DNA of 64,000 nt from positions 1 through 64,000 of IMG/VR virus record IMGVR_UViG_3300027970_000021. The stretch is one strand, 5' to 3'. The translations under genes were made by a program, and so were the position numbers. Below, one piece after another: positions 20,154-30,257 of the stretch; the first letter of the stretch is position 1, and the number at the start of each line of letters is the position of its first letter. The notes below the pieces were generated by a model. The model made no database searches and was not told where the DNA came from. It saw only the letters and a list, made by a program, of their open reading frames with translations. This DNA is from an uncultured virus (IMG/VR IMGVR_UViG_3300027970_000021) (taxonomy: Duplodnaviria > Heunggongvirae > Uroviricota > Caudoviricetes).

Positions 20154-20831
20154 AACGTATGTCGGAGTGTAGCTCTGCCAGTCCGTGACTGGCGTTCCCT
20201 GCGTGATGATCTGCGGAGAGACGCGGACGTCGGATAGCGCCATCGTGTAGGCGGATGCCGACGTGCTGCCAACGTGGATACAGAGGCGGTAGCTGGTCGA
20301 GTTAGAGGCTGCCTGGAAAGTGCCTCTCCAACTTTGTTGAACAGTGGTGCTTTCAATCGAAGAAGGGGCCGGTTGAATCAAAATCGAGTTGGTAACATCG
20401 TAGATCCAGACCGAAAGATCGCTCGTGGCGTAAGTCCCGCTGACTACCTCGTAGGGGAACGTAATTTGCAGGACTTTACCTTTGTCGGAATTATCAATCG
20501 TGAATGCATTCGAGACCCCGTTGCCTTGCCGGTTGTTTGCATCCTTGACGAGGTTGAAGTCAGCTCCCGGACGAAGCGGCGTTGTGGTCGAGCGCGAGAT
20601 CGCAAACGTAGGGCTACCGCCCGTGCAATCGACCGGAGAGCTGGCTGCCGAATCAGCATACCCCGCCCATCCGAGAGTATCTTTTCTAGCGTAGGCGTTT
20701 TTTATGTAGTTGCGGGAAGAGCTTGATCCGCTGTCGAGGAAATCTGCATCTAAAAACCTAGGGGTTTGCGCAAACGTAGTGCTCGCCCCAAGGGCTGCCG
20801 CTGCCAGTAAGAGGCGTTTGAAAAATTTCAT
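18891..20831 (-). CDS. C1q/TNF-like tandem-domain adhesin with N-terminal signal peptide (chimeric at repeat)
   Basis: MKFFKRLLLAAAALGASTTFA signal-like start; two C1q-like domains (YTIPVPGWYRI, FTAPVSGKYRI, LNAGDYVEI); AAGGAG RBS. Confidence 0.75.
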   Translation of the reverse strand: MKFFKRLLLAAAALGASTTFAQTPRFLDADFLDSGSSSSRNYIKNAYARKDTLGWAGYADSAASSPVDCTGGSPTFAISRSTTTPLRPGADFNLVKDANNRQGNGVSNAFTIDNSDKGKVLQITFPYEVVSGTYATSDLSVWIYDVTNSILIQPAPSSIESTTVQQSWRGTFQAASNSTSYRLCIHVGSTSASAYTMALSDVRVSPQIITQGTPVTDWQSYTPTYVGLGTVSASIAKYRRVGDSLEVMFTVTSGTNSGSPVSISLPSGLSMDITRAVNNSVVGALTASKTPWSGNILVATGSPTTVAIISQQADNYFNGTLGTAWANNTVFGGSFLVPITGWSSQVQMSSETDTRVVAMTTGRAATQSIPDSTGTLVAFDAAISDTHGAWNTGTSLYTIPVPGWYRITTQVSFAASSTNGREVRLRVNGSNIRTLAYIFDPTASAGTFLNGATEYLFNAGDTVGIQVFQNSGGALNVGGSVVDNYFSISRISGPSQIAASETVAMDATLGGSNQTGIATNNSFVKVAFSSAVFDTTGSFSSANSRFTAPVSGKYRISSAVLLASANVLASDYGLYLYKNGASARLFGYRTSAATTINAFNGSTTLQLNAGDYVEIFLYGLGNNSASTLTISGTTANTYFNVERVGN

Positions 20832-20840
20832 ATCTCTCCT

Positions 20841-23800
20841 TTAGATTCCGTTACGAGCAATTTCGACAACTGCGGCAAGACCCGCATCCCAACGAAGACG
20901 AATGATGGAGCCCGCTTGCCCGCGCCAATCCCCCTGCAGGAGGACGGTCGAGGATGCGGCTAGGTCACAGTAGTTTGCGTTCGAGGTCCCGAGGATTTCA
21001 ATCTCAGCTCCGTCAACCATACTCGAGGTCGTGATCGTGAACGTCTGAGCCGAGCCCCCCGTGTACCTAAAGCGCTGTGCCGGAGAATTCGTGGGCGTAA
21101 TCGAGGAGCCGGTGAAGTTCGACTGATCGGGCGTCTTTGCTCCGCCGGTAGATAGCACCACATCCCAGCGCGTATCCGTCGTGTTGTAGACGAGCAGTGC
21201 GCCCTCGTTGAGCTTCAGCACGAGGTCCCGTGCCTGCGGGCAACGGATACGGTTTGCGGAAGTAGATCCCGCCCCCTGATGGCTGATCGTCACATCTGCG
21301 GTAGCGGACGTGTTCACAACCCATAGCATTCGCGGCGAACCGCCCCCTGAAATCCCACCAACTGTGCGTGCAGTGGCGGGAGCCAGACGGAACACGGTGA
21401 TTCCCGTTGAGGTTACGTCATCGGTTGTGCCGGTCGCGGTCGAGTCGTCTACGTCGATAGCGAGGGTGCCGTCTAAGTGCAGTGTCTCAGCCGGGGATGC
21501 TTTGTTGACGCCCATCCGCGAGGTCGCAGTCAGTGTAAGCATTTCGACCGGAGTCGTTGATGCGTCGGGCTTCACGAAGAATCCGAGATCGGCGCCCTTA
21601 CCGTTGGTTGTGCCGACTCCGCGCAGGATGGCGCGGATGTAGCCTACCAGGCGAGTACTGGCCGAAGGGGAAGTGCCGTTGTTAAGCGAGAAGAATTGCA
21701 GAATTCCTGCGATGTCGCTTGCTGCCGGGCTTGCGCGGTTGTTGCCGAGTGCTAGTGCGCCGTAGGAGTTCGCACCTGTCGCGTCGCCCATCACGTTCAC
21801 GCGGCCTTCGGTCGTAACCGCGGTGCCGATCGGATCATCGCTCGTCGGAGTGCTCCCGAGAGTTAGCCGGAAGTTTTTATACCAGCGGGCAATCTCGATG
21901 TTGTTCACCCGGAACGGGATTTTGAAATCATCGATCGTACCGAAGAACTTCTCAGCCAGCACCGTGTTGCCATCGAGCGTCCAACCGGATCCGCCGCCAG
22001 AGCCAGAGCCAGATCCGCCCACCACCTGCCAGCGGCTTGATGCGGTCTCGTAGTAAAGAATGACGGCGGCACCGTCGGCCATTGCTATGGCCGCGCCCGT
22101 TCCCGTGCGGATACGGTTTGCAGCGGTGCCGCCCGTGTCGTCGTTGAGGTTGACGGATGCGCCCGTGCGGTTGATGAGAACCAGGAACGTGGCATTTGGC
22201 GGCGCCGGAATCATGTCGATCGAAGTCAGCGACCCGTCGGTAACAAGCAAGCTCGTCTTGGTCGGAGTCGCAAGCGTGGCGTTTGCGCCGGTCGCGGCTG
22301 CGTCCGTCTGCTCAGATCCCTGAAGCGTTGCCAAGGCGCGCAGGGCTGCAACAAAGCTCTTAGCTCCGCCGAAACTCTGTGCCGCGGTGCTGACCGATCC
22401 GGGGTTGGTTGCGTCTGCCGGCTGAATCGTAAGGGTGTCTGCCACAAGCGTCGCGCCAGACGTGCCTGGAGTAGACCCAAAAGTCGCAAGCGAGAGGGAG
22501 CTTCCGCCAGCACCTTGGAAACTGCGCCAAGTGCCGCTCGTCATACAGAAGAAAAAGACTTTGGAGCCACTGGCCAGCGCAAAGGCAGCGTCGGCGGCAC
22601 CCGCGTCGATCGCCTCGCCCGAGGCCGGGAACACGTCGCAAGAGGCAGCGCCCGAGTTCTGCACGTAAAGCTGCATGCCCGCGACTGCCGCGGGGAGCTT
22701 GACTGAATCGTTTGCGGTGGCGCACACGCTCACGCGGTTTTGCTGTTTAGCAAGCTGGGTTGCGGAAGCCTGTCCGCCGCCCGCAAACGCGGTGATTGTG
22801 TCGGCAGCCGAGAACATCACGTAGGCTTGCGCAATGATGTTGTTTGCGAACGTCTTCACACCCGCGATCGTTTGCGCGATGGCGGTGAGTAACCCCGGCT
22901 GGGATCCGTCTGCCGGCTGCAGGGTGAGGACTTGGCCTGAGAGCGAGGCGCCGTTTGCAGAGGGGGAGCTGCCGACGGCTGCAAGCGACACATCGCCTGA
23001 GTTCGTTCCCGCGATGTCAGCGTCACTAGAGAAAGTCAGCGAACGCGCGGCGTTTTTGAGATCGATCGTGAGGTCACGATCGGCGTCCTGCGTGACGCTA
23101 CTCGTGAAAATGAAGCGCGAGAACCAAGACGTGGACGTTTCTTTGATCGAAACACCCGTCACGAATTTCTTCAAGCCCGCAATCAACTGCGTGAGAGTTG
23201 AGACGCCGCCGGGGTTGGTTGCATCTGCCGGCTCCATGTTTAGCACAGCACCAGAGAGCGTAAGGCCGTTTGCGTTCGGGGCCGTGCCAAATCCTTGCAG
23301 GGTGACGGTCGCGGGACCGGCAGGACCAACGGCGCCGGCAGGACCCGGGGGGCCTGCGATACCCAAGTACTCGGACGGATCACGCGCCTGCACGCCGGTA
23401 CCGTCATCTGAGATTGAGAGAACTTTACCGGCGTTGATTGCGAGGTCGGGGAAAGCCTTATCCCGATCAGGCGAGGTGGAACCAAAAAGTAGCGCCCGCC
23501 GCATGCGGCCGACCACTTCCTGTACTTGCTGCACGATACGATCAAGCGTGCGCTCGTTCGTCTCAGGCGGGAAGATCCCCGTCGAAATGTAATCCGTTTC
23601 CTGTGTGACGGGCGTCACTCGACGAACGAGTACGCGCTGCGTGGCGGTCGGAGTCGAAACTGTGACTACCGCACTACCAGGGTCGCCGCCCGAGATTGAA
23701 TACTGCCCGGGAGCTGTGAGCGTTGTCTCGGTGACTGCTGTCGGCACCGTGTAGTCGCGTAGGATGACTTGCACCTGCGAGTTGGCAGTGAACGCAAAGG

Positions 23801-23870
23801 GGATTGCGAATGAAGTCGTAACTCCGTCGCCCTGATAAATCTGCTCGGTCGTCGTGTTAGAGATCGTCAT
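20841..23870 (-). CDS. tail fibre protein (inner phage)
   Basis: T7 gp17-like N-terminus YQGDGVTTSFAIPFAF; short GPP collagen-like run; three internal repeats ending PAD..PG. Confidence 0.85.
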   Translation of the reverse strand: MTISNTTTEQIYQGDGVTTSFAIPFAFTANSQVQVILRDYTVPTAVTETTLTAPGQYSISGGDPGSAVVTVSTPTATQRVLVRRVTPVTQETDYISTGIFPPETNERTLDRIVQQVQEVVGRMRRALLFGSTSPDRDKAFPDLAINAGKVLSISDDGTGVQARDPSEYLGIAGPPGPAGAVGPAGPATVTLQGFGTAPNANGLTLSGAVLNMEPADATNPGGVSTLTQLIAGLKKFVTGVSIKETSTSWFSRFIFTSSVTQDADRDLTIDLKNAARSLTFSSDADIAGTNSGDVSLAAVGSSPSANGASLSGQVLTLQPADGSQPGLLTAIAQTIAGVKTFANNIIAQAYVMFSAADTITAFAGGGQASATQLAKQQNRVSVCATANDSVKLPAAVAGMQLYVQNSGAASCDVFPASGEAIDAGAADAAFALASGSKVFFFCMTSGTWRSFQGAGGSSLSLATFGSTPGTSGATLVADTLTIQPADATNPGSVSTAAQSFGGAKSFVAALRALATLQGSEQTDAAATGANATLATPTKTSLLVTDGSLTSIDMIPAPPNATFLVLINRTGASVNLNDDTGGTAANRIRTGTGAAIAMADGAAVILYYETASSRWQVVGGSGSGSGGGSGWTLDGNTVLAEKFFGTIDDFKIPFRVNNIEIARWYKNFRLTLGSTPTSDDPIGTAVTTEGRVNVMGDATGANSYGALALGNNRASPAASDIAGILQFFSLNNGTSPSASTRLVGYIRAILRGVGTTNGKGADLGFFVKPDASTTPVEMLTLTATSRMGVNKASPAETLHLDGTLAIDVDDSTATGTTDDVTSTGITVFRLAPATARTVGGISGGGSPRMLWVVNTSATADVTISHQGAGSTSANRIRCPQARDLVLKLNEGALLVYNTTDTRWDVVLSTGGAKTPDQSNFTGSSITPTNSPAQRFRYTGGSAQTFTITTSSMVDGAEIEILGTSNANYCDLAASSTVLLQGDWRGQAGSIIRLRWDAGLAAVVEIARNGI

Positions 23871-26800
23871 AGCGTAGGCTCCCCTTTTCGTTTCGCCCGT
23901 TGCTGGGTTTTAAGCATAGTTGATTCTTCGTCTTTTGAAATACCCATGATGGACCGAATTTGTGCACGCGCGTTTTCAACCACGTCACGGTCCACCGTTT
24001 GCCCAAGCGCGGTCGAGCGCGCAACTTGAGCACCCAAGAATTGTTCCCGGATATCCGGGAATTCCAGGAGTAGTTGTTGTTTTGCAGCGGCGCGGTACAT
24101 GCCCACCATTTCTGCAATGACGGTGCGTTTGTTTTCGTCGGTACGGTAGGCCTCCGGGATGCCGGGCTTCCCATCCAATTGCCGAGCGTAGTCGGATTTA
24201 ATGAGCGCCCCAAGCATGTCCTTAAGGTTTGGAACCTTTTGGTCCCGTTCCTTAGGTGCTTTTTTGATCTCATCGATCGAGCCAAGGCCGTGCCCCGCCG
24301 CAAGCTCTACAAATCGATTGTACTGCTCACTGGTTAGGTTCACGGGGAAGCTGTCTTTGCCGTCCACGTAGGCGAACGAGATATTGCGGGGAGGCATGTC
24401 CACCATGAGGTGGCTCTGCCCGGCAAGGGGCTTCGGCTTGACGAGCGGACCCGATACTCCCAGGCGAACAAGCTCTTCCCGGATGGGATCGTCTTTTGCA
24501 GGGGAGTACTTGAACGGGTTCACCAGGGCGATCGCGGAGAGGATCGCAGGGCCCGTTCCCTGCGGGTGTACAACCTCTTCACCGAAGAGGTTTAGCTGCG
24601 GCATGCCCACACCAAACGAAGCTTTCAGGGGCTTCACCACTGACTCCCAAGCGCCGTCCTGTGCCCCAAGCTTTGTGTCGATTTTCTTATCCCCAAAAGC
24701 TCTGTTTACTTGCTTGAACAGGTTGGGCGTAAGCGACGAGGCGAAGTTATCTGCCAGTTTTTTCCAAGCTGACGTGGGCGCACCGTCCCGAAGCAACTCG
24801 AGCACTTTTCCGAAATCGTCGGTGAGTACGTCGGGAACTGCCGCGGAGGCAATGTGCGCGGCCCCCGCAAGTGTGAGGTCTTCAAACCCCTGCATGTCCC
24901 CATCCGGGCTATCCCAGTAGGCTGCGAGCTCATGTAGATCGGCGGCAATACCGAGCAGGGTCCCTACGCCTCCCAAGGCTTGGTAAGAGAAATACCCGTC
25001 CCCAACCTTGATAGAGTTAGGTTGCCAGCCAGTGTCCTCGAGCGCTTTGCGCGCCTGCCAGTTTGTGGGACCGGCGCCCGTGATGACGCCCTCAACGGCG
25101 AGTAGCCCACCAAGCCCCAGCATCGACGTGCCTACTGCTACCTTACCGAGCGCTACGTCCCGAGCGGTACCGCCGGAAGCCATCGCTTCCTTGAATCCGG
25201 GGGTGAGCATCGCAAGGCCAGGGAATCGCTGCAACACTTGATCCGTTTGGTTGATGTTGATTTTGGTAAACGGAACCAGCATGCGGAACATCGGGTTCTG
25301 CGAGATTCCGTCGTATAATTTTGTGAATATCTCCGGGGTGTAGTTCAGCGTGCGCTGCCCCGCCTCACGCGCGGCCATCATGTTGATGTGTGCCGGCGGG
25401 AACTGCGTCATCTCCTTCACCATTTTTGTGTAGGCATCGCCCGTAAGGCCCGCTGCCCGGGCGGTGCGAACGGCAAGAGCGTTGGTTTGCATGCGATAGA
25501 TCGTAGCCTTAGATGCTACGTCGGCGGCGTTCAGCGCACGCCCAGGAATACGAATTCCAGAGCCGATGAAATCCATCGCGTCGGCCCAGACGCCATGCAG
25601 CCCGTTGGCGGCGCCAGTCAAAGTAGAGGGACGCTCAAGCGCCATCAGCTTCGAGCCGCCCGCAGTTAGAAGGGGATCGCTCGTGCGCCACGCCTTGAAG
25701 TAAGCAATCCAACCTTCCTTGAGGCCCTGCCCAAGCGACAGCACCGTAGCGTTAGACTCGGCGAGTGAAACGGCCTCACTTTGCACCTTGTTTGCAAACG
25801 CCGTGTAGGTTGCGTCAATCTCTTCCGCTGGCATCCCACCGAAGAAAGACGAAAGTTCATCCACACTAAGACGTGTGGCAGGGTTACCTTTGCCGCCTAC
25901 GATTGAGCGCATTTTCTGGACAGCCCAAGCCGCGTACTTCTCGGGGATTAATCCAATGGTGTTCACCAGGTTGTTGGCGACGTTTACGGTCTGCGTGAGC
26001 GGCCCGGAAAGTAAGCTCATAACCCGCAGCTCTTCGCCCATCGCTGCGAGGTGCCCAAGTCTCGAGCGATTACTCATCCAGGAGAAGTGCTTCACCTTCT
26101 CTGCGGGGGACATCCTAGACATCATGTCCACGATTGTTGCCGCTTGCTTCTGAATCTGCTCCTTACCGCCAGCGACGGTAAGCACGTCCTTTGCAGCGAA
26201 CATCTCTGCAACGGGGAACGCAGTCACATTCGACAAGTCCGCCGCACGCGTGGCAAGACCGGCTTCCTTTGTCCCGGCTTTAAACAACGCCATGGAATCA
26301 AGCGTGAGCATCTTCGATCTCTCGAAAGCAGCAATTACCTCATCGCTCGCATTCGGAGCAGCGGCAGCTATCGCTTTCTCAACACTGTCCTGCACGGCGT
26401 TAACAAAGAAAATTCCAGCACCTTTTACCTCAACGGCATTCCACCCTTGGCCAGGCACCTTAGTAGTAAGCCGGCTAACATCTTCGCCGAGGAGCTTGAA
26501 CGCATCAGCAAGTACCGACTCATCGCTAACAACTCCGCGAGCAATCGTCTCAAAGCCTTCCTTGTTCGCGGCTACAATATTTGAAACCACGCGGCGGAAG
26601 TCATCGACAGACCCCATCGTGGGCACGTTATCTAGATTGAACCGCTTCGTGGCCTCGGTCGCCGGAGCCTGCAATTCTTCTAGGCTGAGCATACGCAAGT
26701 TCTGCGCTTGGCGCATTACCGTGGGCTGCTCAACTACCCGGGCTGCGTCGAGAACACCACGCCCTTCGGCCACTGCAGCGGAAACCGCAGATGCGTCTGC

Positions 26801-27811
26801 CGTGATTGTCTCCCCGCCCGAGTTTACAAGGGTGTGCCCTCGCGCGGTCGCTGCCGCATCCAGGGGAGCCTCAGTTGCACCTTCCTGGGCTGCCTTACTT
26901 GCAATGGCTTGCGCCTCGTCAACCGAAGGGGCAATTGCCTGCCCGGCCTTATCGACGGCAGTGTTTTCTGCAGTGACCTTTACTTCCGTCTTTGCCGCAG
27001 CTCCGGCGGCGCCCTCAGCAACTTCAGTGCCTACTTTGGAGACGCCTCGGAAGGATTTGTAGACCTTCATTGCGCCAACAAAAACTCCGGCAAGTGCGGC
27101 GTCGCCCACGATGCTCGTGACGAAGTTTTTGAAGCGGCCTTCGGCCTCGGTGTCAGTTTCCTTGGCTGCCCAGTAATCGACAATTCCGTTCTGGAACATC
27201 GGGAATCGCTGAACAAAGTTAGCGATATTCCCCTCGTGCGGGTCGGCCGTAAAATAAGAAGATACGCCTGCAGCGGCAGCGCTGGCCCCCACAGAAACAA
27301 TCCCAGGTGCAGCCATAGCCGCAGCGCCTACGCCTGTTCCAATCGCGGTCGCAAACTGGGTTACAAACTTCCCAGCTCCCCGGAATGCACGCTCTGTGTC
27401 GGTCGTAGACGGGGGAGCCAGGTCTTTGCCAAACGTGAACACACGATCGTCATCGATCAAATCTGTTTCTTTGATCCCGGTGGTCGTAAGCCAGTTATCG
27501 ACCGAGTTGATGAGATCATGCCCGGCCTGTACAGCACCACGTGCGACATCTACCGCACCTGCGGCAAACTGCTTCATCGGTTTCCCGCCGGACAATTCAT
27601 CCGCGCGGGTAGCCACACCCGAGAGCTCATTTGCAGGGGGGGTTGCCTTTGGGGCGGGCCCCTCCTGCGGCTGCTGTTTTGCAAGCAGTTCGTCTGCCGG
27701 AGCTCCGAAAATATCTTTCTCGAGTTGAGAGATTCGGTTGTCTTGTGACCCCGCAATTTCACGGTCTAGTGCGTAGCCGCGTTCCATCGGAGACAGATTT
27801 GTCGTATCCAT
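23867..27811 (-). CDS. large internal virion / ejection protein (inner phage)
   Basis: ~1314 aa Ala-rich helical; ITGAGP...GWQPNSIKVGD..FSY motif; start 27811 overlaps upstream TAA. Confidence 0.75.
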   Translation of the reverse strand: MDTTNLSPMERGYALDREIAGSQDNRISQLEKDIFGAPADELLAKQQPQEGPAPKATPPANELSGVATRADELSGGKPMKQFAAGAVDVARGAVQAGHDLINSVDNWLTTTGIKETDLIDDDRVFTFGKDLAPPSTTDTERAFRGAGKFVTQFATAIGTGVGAAAMAAPGIVSVGASAAAAGVSSYFTADPHEGNIANFVQRFPMFQNGIVDYWAAKETDTEAEGRFKNFVTSIVGDAALAGVFVGAMKVYKSFRGVSKVGTEVAEGAAGAAAKTEVKVTAENTAVDKAGQAIAPSVDEAQAIASKAAQEGATEAPLDAAATARGHTLVNSGGETITADASAVSAAVAEGRGVLDAARVVEQPTVMRQAQNLRMLSLEELQAPATEATKRFNLDNVPTMGSVDDFRRVVSNIVAANKEGFETIARGVVSDESVLADAFKLLGEDVSRLTTKVPGQGWNAVEVKGAGIFFVNAVQDSVEKAIAAAAPNASDEVIAAFERSKMLTLDSMALFKAGTKEAGLATRAADLSNVTAFPVAEMFAAKDVLTVAGGKEQIQKQAATIVDMMSRMSPAEKVKHFSWMSNRSRLGHLAAMGEELRVMSLLSGPLTQTVNVANNLVNTIGLIPEKYAAWAVQKMRSIVGGKGNPATRLSVDELSSFFGGMPAEEIDATYTAFANKVQSEAVSLAESNATVLSLGQGLKEGWIAYFKAWRTSDPLLTAGGSKLMALERPSTLTGAANGLHGVWADAMDFIGSGIRIPGRALNAADVASKATIYRMQTNALAVRTARAAGLTGDAYTKMVKEMTQFPPAHINMMAAREAGQRTLNYTPEIFTKLYDGISQNPMFRMLVPFTKININQTDQVLQRFPGLAMLTPGFKEAMASGGTARDVALGKVAVGTSMLGLGGLLAVEGVITGAGPTNWQARKALEDTGWQPNSIKVGDGYFSYQALGGVGTLLGIAADLHELAAYWDSPDGDMQGFEDLTLAGAAHIASAAVPDVLTDDFGKVLELLRDGAPTSAWKKLADNFASSLTPNLFKQVNRAFGDKKIDTKLGAQDGAWESVVKPLKASFGVGMPQLNLFGEEVVHPQGTGPAILSAIALVNPFKYSPAKDDPIREELVRLGVSGPLVKPKPLAGQSHLMVDMPPRNISFAYVDGKDSFPVNLTSEQYNRFVELAAGHGLGSIDEIKKAPKERDQKVPNLKDMLGALIKSDYARQLDGKPGIPEAYRTDENKRTVIAEMVGMYRAAAKQQLLLEFPDIREQFLGAQVARSTALGQTVDRDVVENARAQIRSIMGISKDEESTMLKTQQRAKRKGEPTL

Positions 27812-29388
27812 TATTGTGCATCCTTCGCGTGTACTTCCAACGCCTGCTGCCAGTCTCCGTAAAGGCGCACGCGGCGCTCCCATTCAGAGGCGCCAAATTG
27901 ACGGATGATTTCCTTCTTCTGCTGAAGCAACGTGGATTTTACCGCATCCATGTTGTTTGCACGCATGGAATCCCGGCCGATACCGGGTAGGGGAGGAAGA
28001 GATTCCGGGGCTCCGATCATCTGTCGAAGCGCCTTGCGCGCCGCGGGCACGGGATCTACACCCTGCTCCATGTACTCGTTGCGTTTGTTGATGACTTCAG
28101 CTGCAAGGCGTTCCTTGTCGGCGTTGCCACCCATTTTAGTTGCAAAATCAAACTGACCACGAGATCCCGTAACGGTAGCGTTGATGATATCGTTAGATAC
28201 CTGCACCTGGCGTTTGAACGCGGGGTCTGCCTGTTTTTCTTTCGACGCTGTTTTAGCTGCGCGCAACAACCGCTCGGTGGTCTCACGCGTAAGTGTACCA
28301 TCATCGAAAGACTTCATAATGTCTTTTTGAATTTTAGACCCCGACTCGCCTTTAAGAATTCGACTGGTGTAGTTCACGCTTGCGCGCGATTCCATCTCGC
28401 CAGAAACATCCTTGGCCTCGGCCTGCAGCCGGTTGTATCCCTCGGGGCTTATCAACCTTTGCTTGAGTAAATCTTGCGCTTGTTGCAGCATAACGTCACG
28501 CTGCGCAGGCGAGGTGGCGGCAGCGACACCCGCAAAAAGTGCGGAATCGTTATTTTGCACCACTTGCTCATAGGCTTCTTTGCGCTTCTTTTCAGCTTGC
28601 TCTTTTTCATCAAGCACGCGATTCGTGTATTGCAGCTTTGTCACGGCAATCTTCTCAGAGAGTTTGTTGATATGCGCGGCATCCTTAGCGTAAGGCGCAA
28701 GTTTTTGTAGGGCCGCTTCCGCTTCCGAGAATTTCTTTTGCCCAATGAAACCGTTGACGGCGGTATCGACAAGCGACGCTTGATCATCAACTTTTATCTG
28801 CTCGCGCACAGGTGCGGTGTATAGCCCTGTGAGCTGATCAACTTCCTTATTGTTTTTTTCGATCTCCTCAATAGCGGCGTCGGGGGCGCTTAAAATCCGC
28901 GACGCCCGTGACGCGTAATTGGCCCTACGCGCGCGATCTAGTGCCTCGGGACCACGACGCGTAACATCAGCGTACACGTTGGCGGCGTAAGAGTTTTTAG
29001 CAGCGCCAAGTACATTCTTTGCTTCGGCAGCGATGTTGCCACCAAGTGCATCGATTTCCTTGGTGATCTCCTTTACTTCATCGTCGTATTTTTTCTGGTA
29101 CAGCTCAAGCATGTCGGAGCCATCGTCTTTGGCTTCCTTACCGGCGGCAGCAAACGCTTTCTGTTTTGCCTCTGTACCTGCGTTTTCCACGCGCCCAAGG
29201 AAAATCTTTTTCTCCTCAGTGTCTTTGACCTTGAAGTAATCCTGCAGATTCGCCGCGGTCTTTACGAGATCGTTGCCAAACCCAGCAACAGCCTCACCCT
29301 GCGTGCGAGCGCCGCTCGTGCCTCCAATGGGGACAGGCGAGGATACTTGCAGGCGAGTGGCTTGGTCCTGTAGCGGGATACGCGGCAT
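27811..29388 (-). CDS. internal virion protein (inner phage)
   Basis: MPRIP N-terminus, helical 525 aa, middle of three-gene ejection cluster. Confidence 0.7.
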   Translation of the reverse strand: MPRIPLQDQATRLQVSSPVPIGGTSGARTQGEAVAGFGNDLVKTAANLQDYFKVKDTEEKKIFLGRVENAGTEAKQKAFAAAGKEAKDDGSDMLELYQKKYDDEVKEITKEIDALGGNIAAEAKNVLGAAKNSYAANVYADVTRRGPEALDRARRANYASRASRILSAPDAAIEEIEKNNKEVDQLTGLYTAPVREQIKVDDQASLVDTAVNGFIGQKKFSEAEAALQKLAPYAKDAAHINKLSEKIAVTKLQYTNRVLDEKEQAEKKRKEAYEQVVQNNDSALFAGVAAATSPAQRDVMLQQAQDLLKQRLISPEGYNRLQAEAKDVSGEMESRASVNYTSRILKGESGSKIQKDIMKSFDDGTLTRETTERLLRAAKTASKEKQADPAFKRQVQVSNDIINATVTGSRGQFDFATKMGGNADKERLAAEVINKRNEYMEQGVDPVPAARKALRQMIGAPESLPPLPGIGRDSMRANNMDAVKSTLLQQKKEIIRQFGASEWERRVRLYGDWQQALEVHAKDAQ

Positions 29389-29855
29389 TATTTGCTCCTA
29401 GCGAGGAAACCGCTCGCGGTCGAAAGCCCTTGGCCGATGACCGGGAGCACGTTCGCCTCAAAGCTCGAAAGCCGCTCAGCCTGCTCCATGGATGCGCCGG
29501 CTTTCAGGAAAGCCTCGCGCGCCTTGGCCTTGCCGTCGTCGATGATCGCGCGCTCCTCGCCCACCTGGCGAGCCTTCGCGTTCGCAAGCACAAGCATCGG
29601 CGAACCAGTCAGATCTACTCCCCCGCGCGCGAACGCCGAAACCTGCGCTCCGCGAAACTCTTCTGACTGATCGCGGTAGATGCTAAGCTCACGTTGAGTC
29701 GCGGCCTGTGCAAAACGAGCCTGCTCTTCCAGGAAGGAAGCGTTTGCGCGCTCAGCTTCCGCCTGCGCCTGGTTTGCCTTGATGTTGCCGTAGGCGCTCG
29801 TCGCGAGCCCAGCCGCGGCAATTGAGCCTAAAATGACCCCCGTACCTACAGGCAT
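29388..29855 (-). CDS. small internal virion protein (T7 gp14-like position)
   Basis: Hydrophobic Gly/Ala N-terminus and FARGGVDLTGSP motif. Confidence 0.7.
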   Translation of the reverse strand: MPVGTGVILGSIAAAGLATSAYGNIKANQAQAEAERANASFLEEQARFAQAATQRELSIYRDQSEEFRGAQVSAFARGGVDLTGSPMLVLANAKARQVGEERAIIDDGKAKAREAFLKAGASMEQAERLSSFEANVLPVIGQGLSTASGFLARSK

Positions 29856-29858
29856 CCC

Positions 29859-30257
29859 CTACCCCACTTCCCGGATTAGAATAGTCGCATCCTCGACGCA
29901 GGTAAAGCCAAGCCGGCGCGCAAAATGCTTTGCAATCTCAGGCTTTGTGAAGTGCATAACTGCCTTCATGTTGCAGTCGCGGGCTGCCACCATGAGATGA
30001 TCGATCAGGTAGCCCAGCGCCTTAAATCCCATGATCCCAAGCGTCGGGTCCGTTGCCGTCCATTCGAGCACGCCCAGACTCGAATTCGTGAGGTACAAAA
30101 ACCCCACTGCCGCGGGCTTCCCCTCGATCTCAACAATCATCCCCGTCGCCGGCAGGAACTCTTGGGGAGGCACACCCTTTGCATCCCAGCCGTGCCCAAT
30201 AAACCACCCCGAGATCAGCTCGTAATCGCTCGGTTGGTACTTACGCCAGGAGAGCAT
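29859..30257 (-). CDS. GNAT-like protein
   Basis: Start reassigned to ATG 30257 (TGATG overlap): MLSWRKY...LPATGMIV...GFLY...LEW; homologue of 6111-6488. Confidence 0.65.
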   Translation of the reverse strand: MLSWRKYQPSDYELISGWFIGHGWDAKGVPPQEFLPATGMIVEIEGKPAAVGFLYLTNSSLGVLEWTATDPTLGIMGFKALGYLIDHLMVAARDCNMKAVMHFTKPEIAKHFARRLGFTCVEDATILIREVG

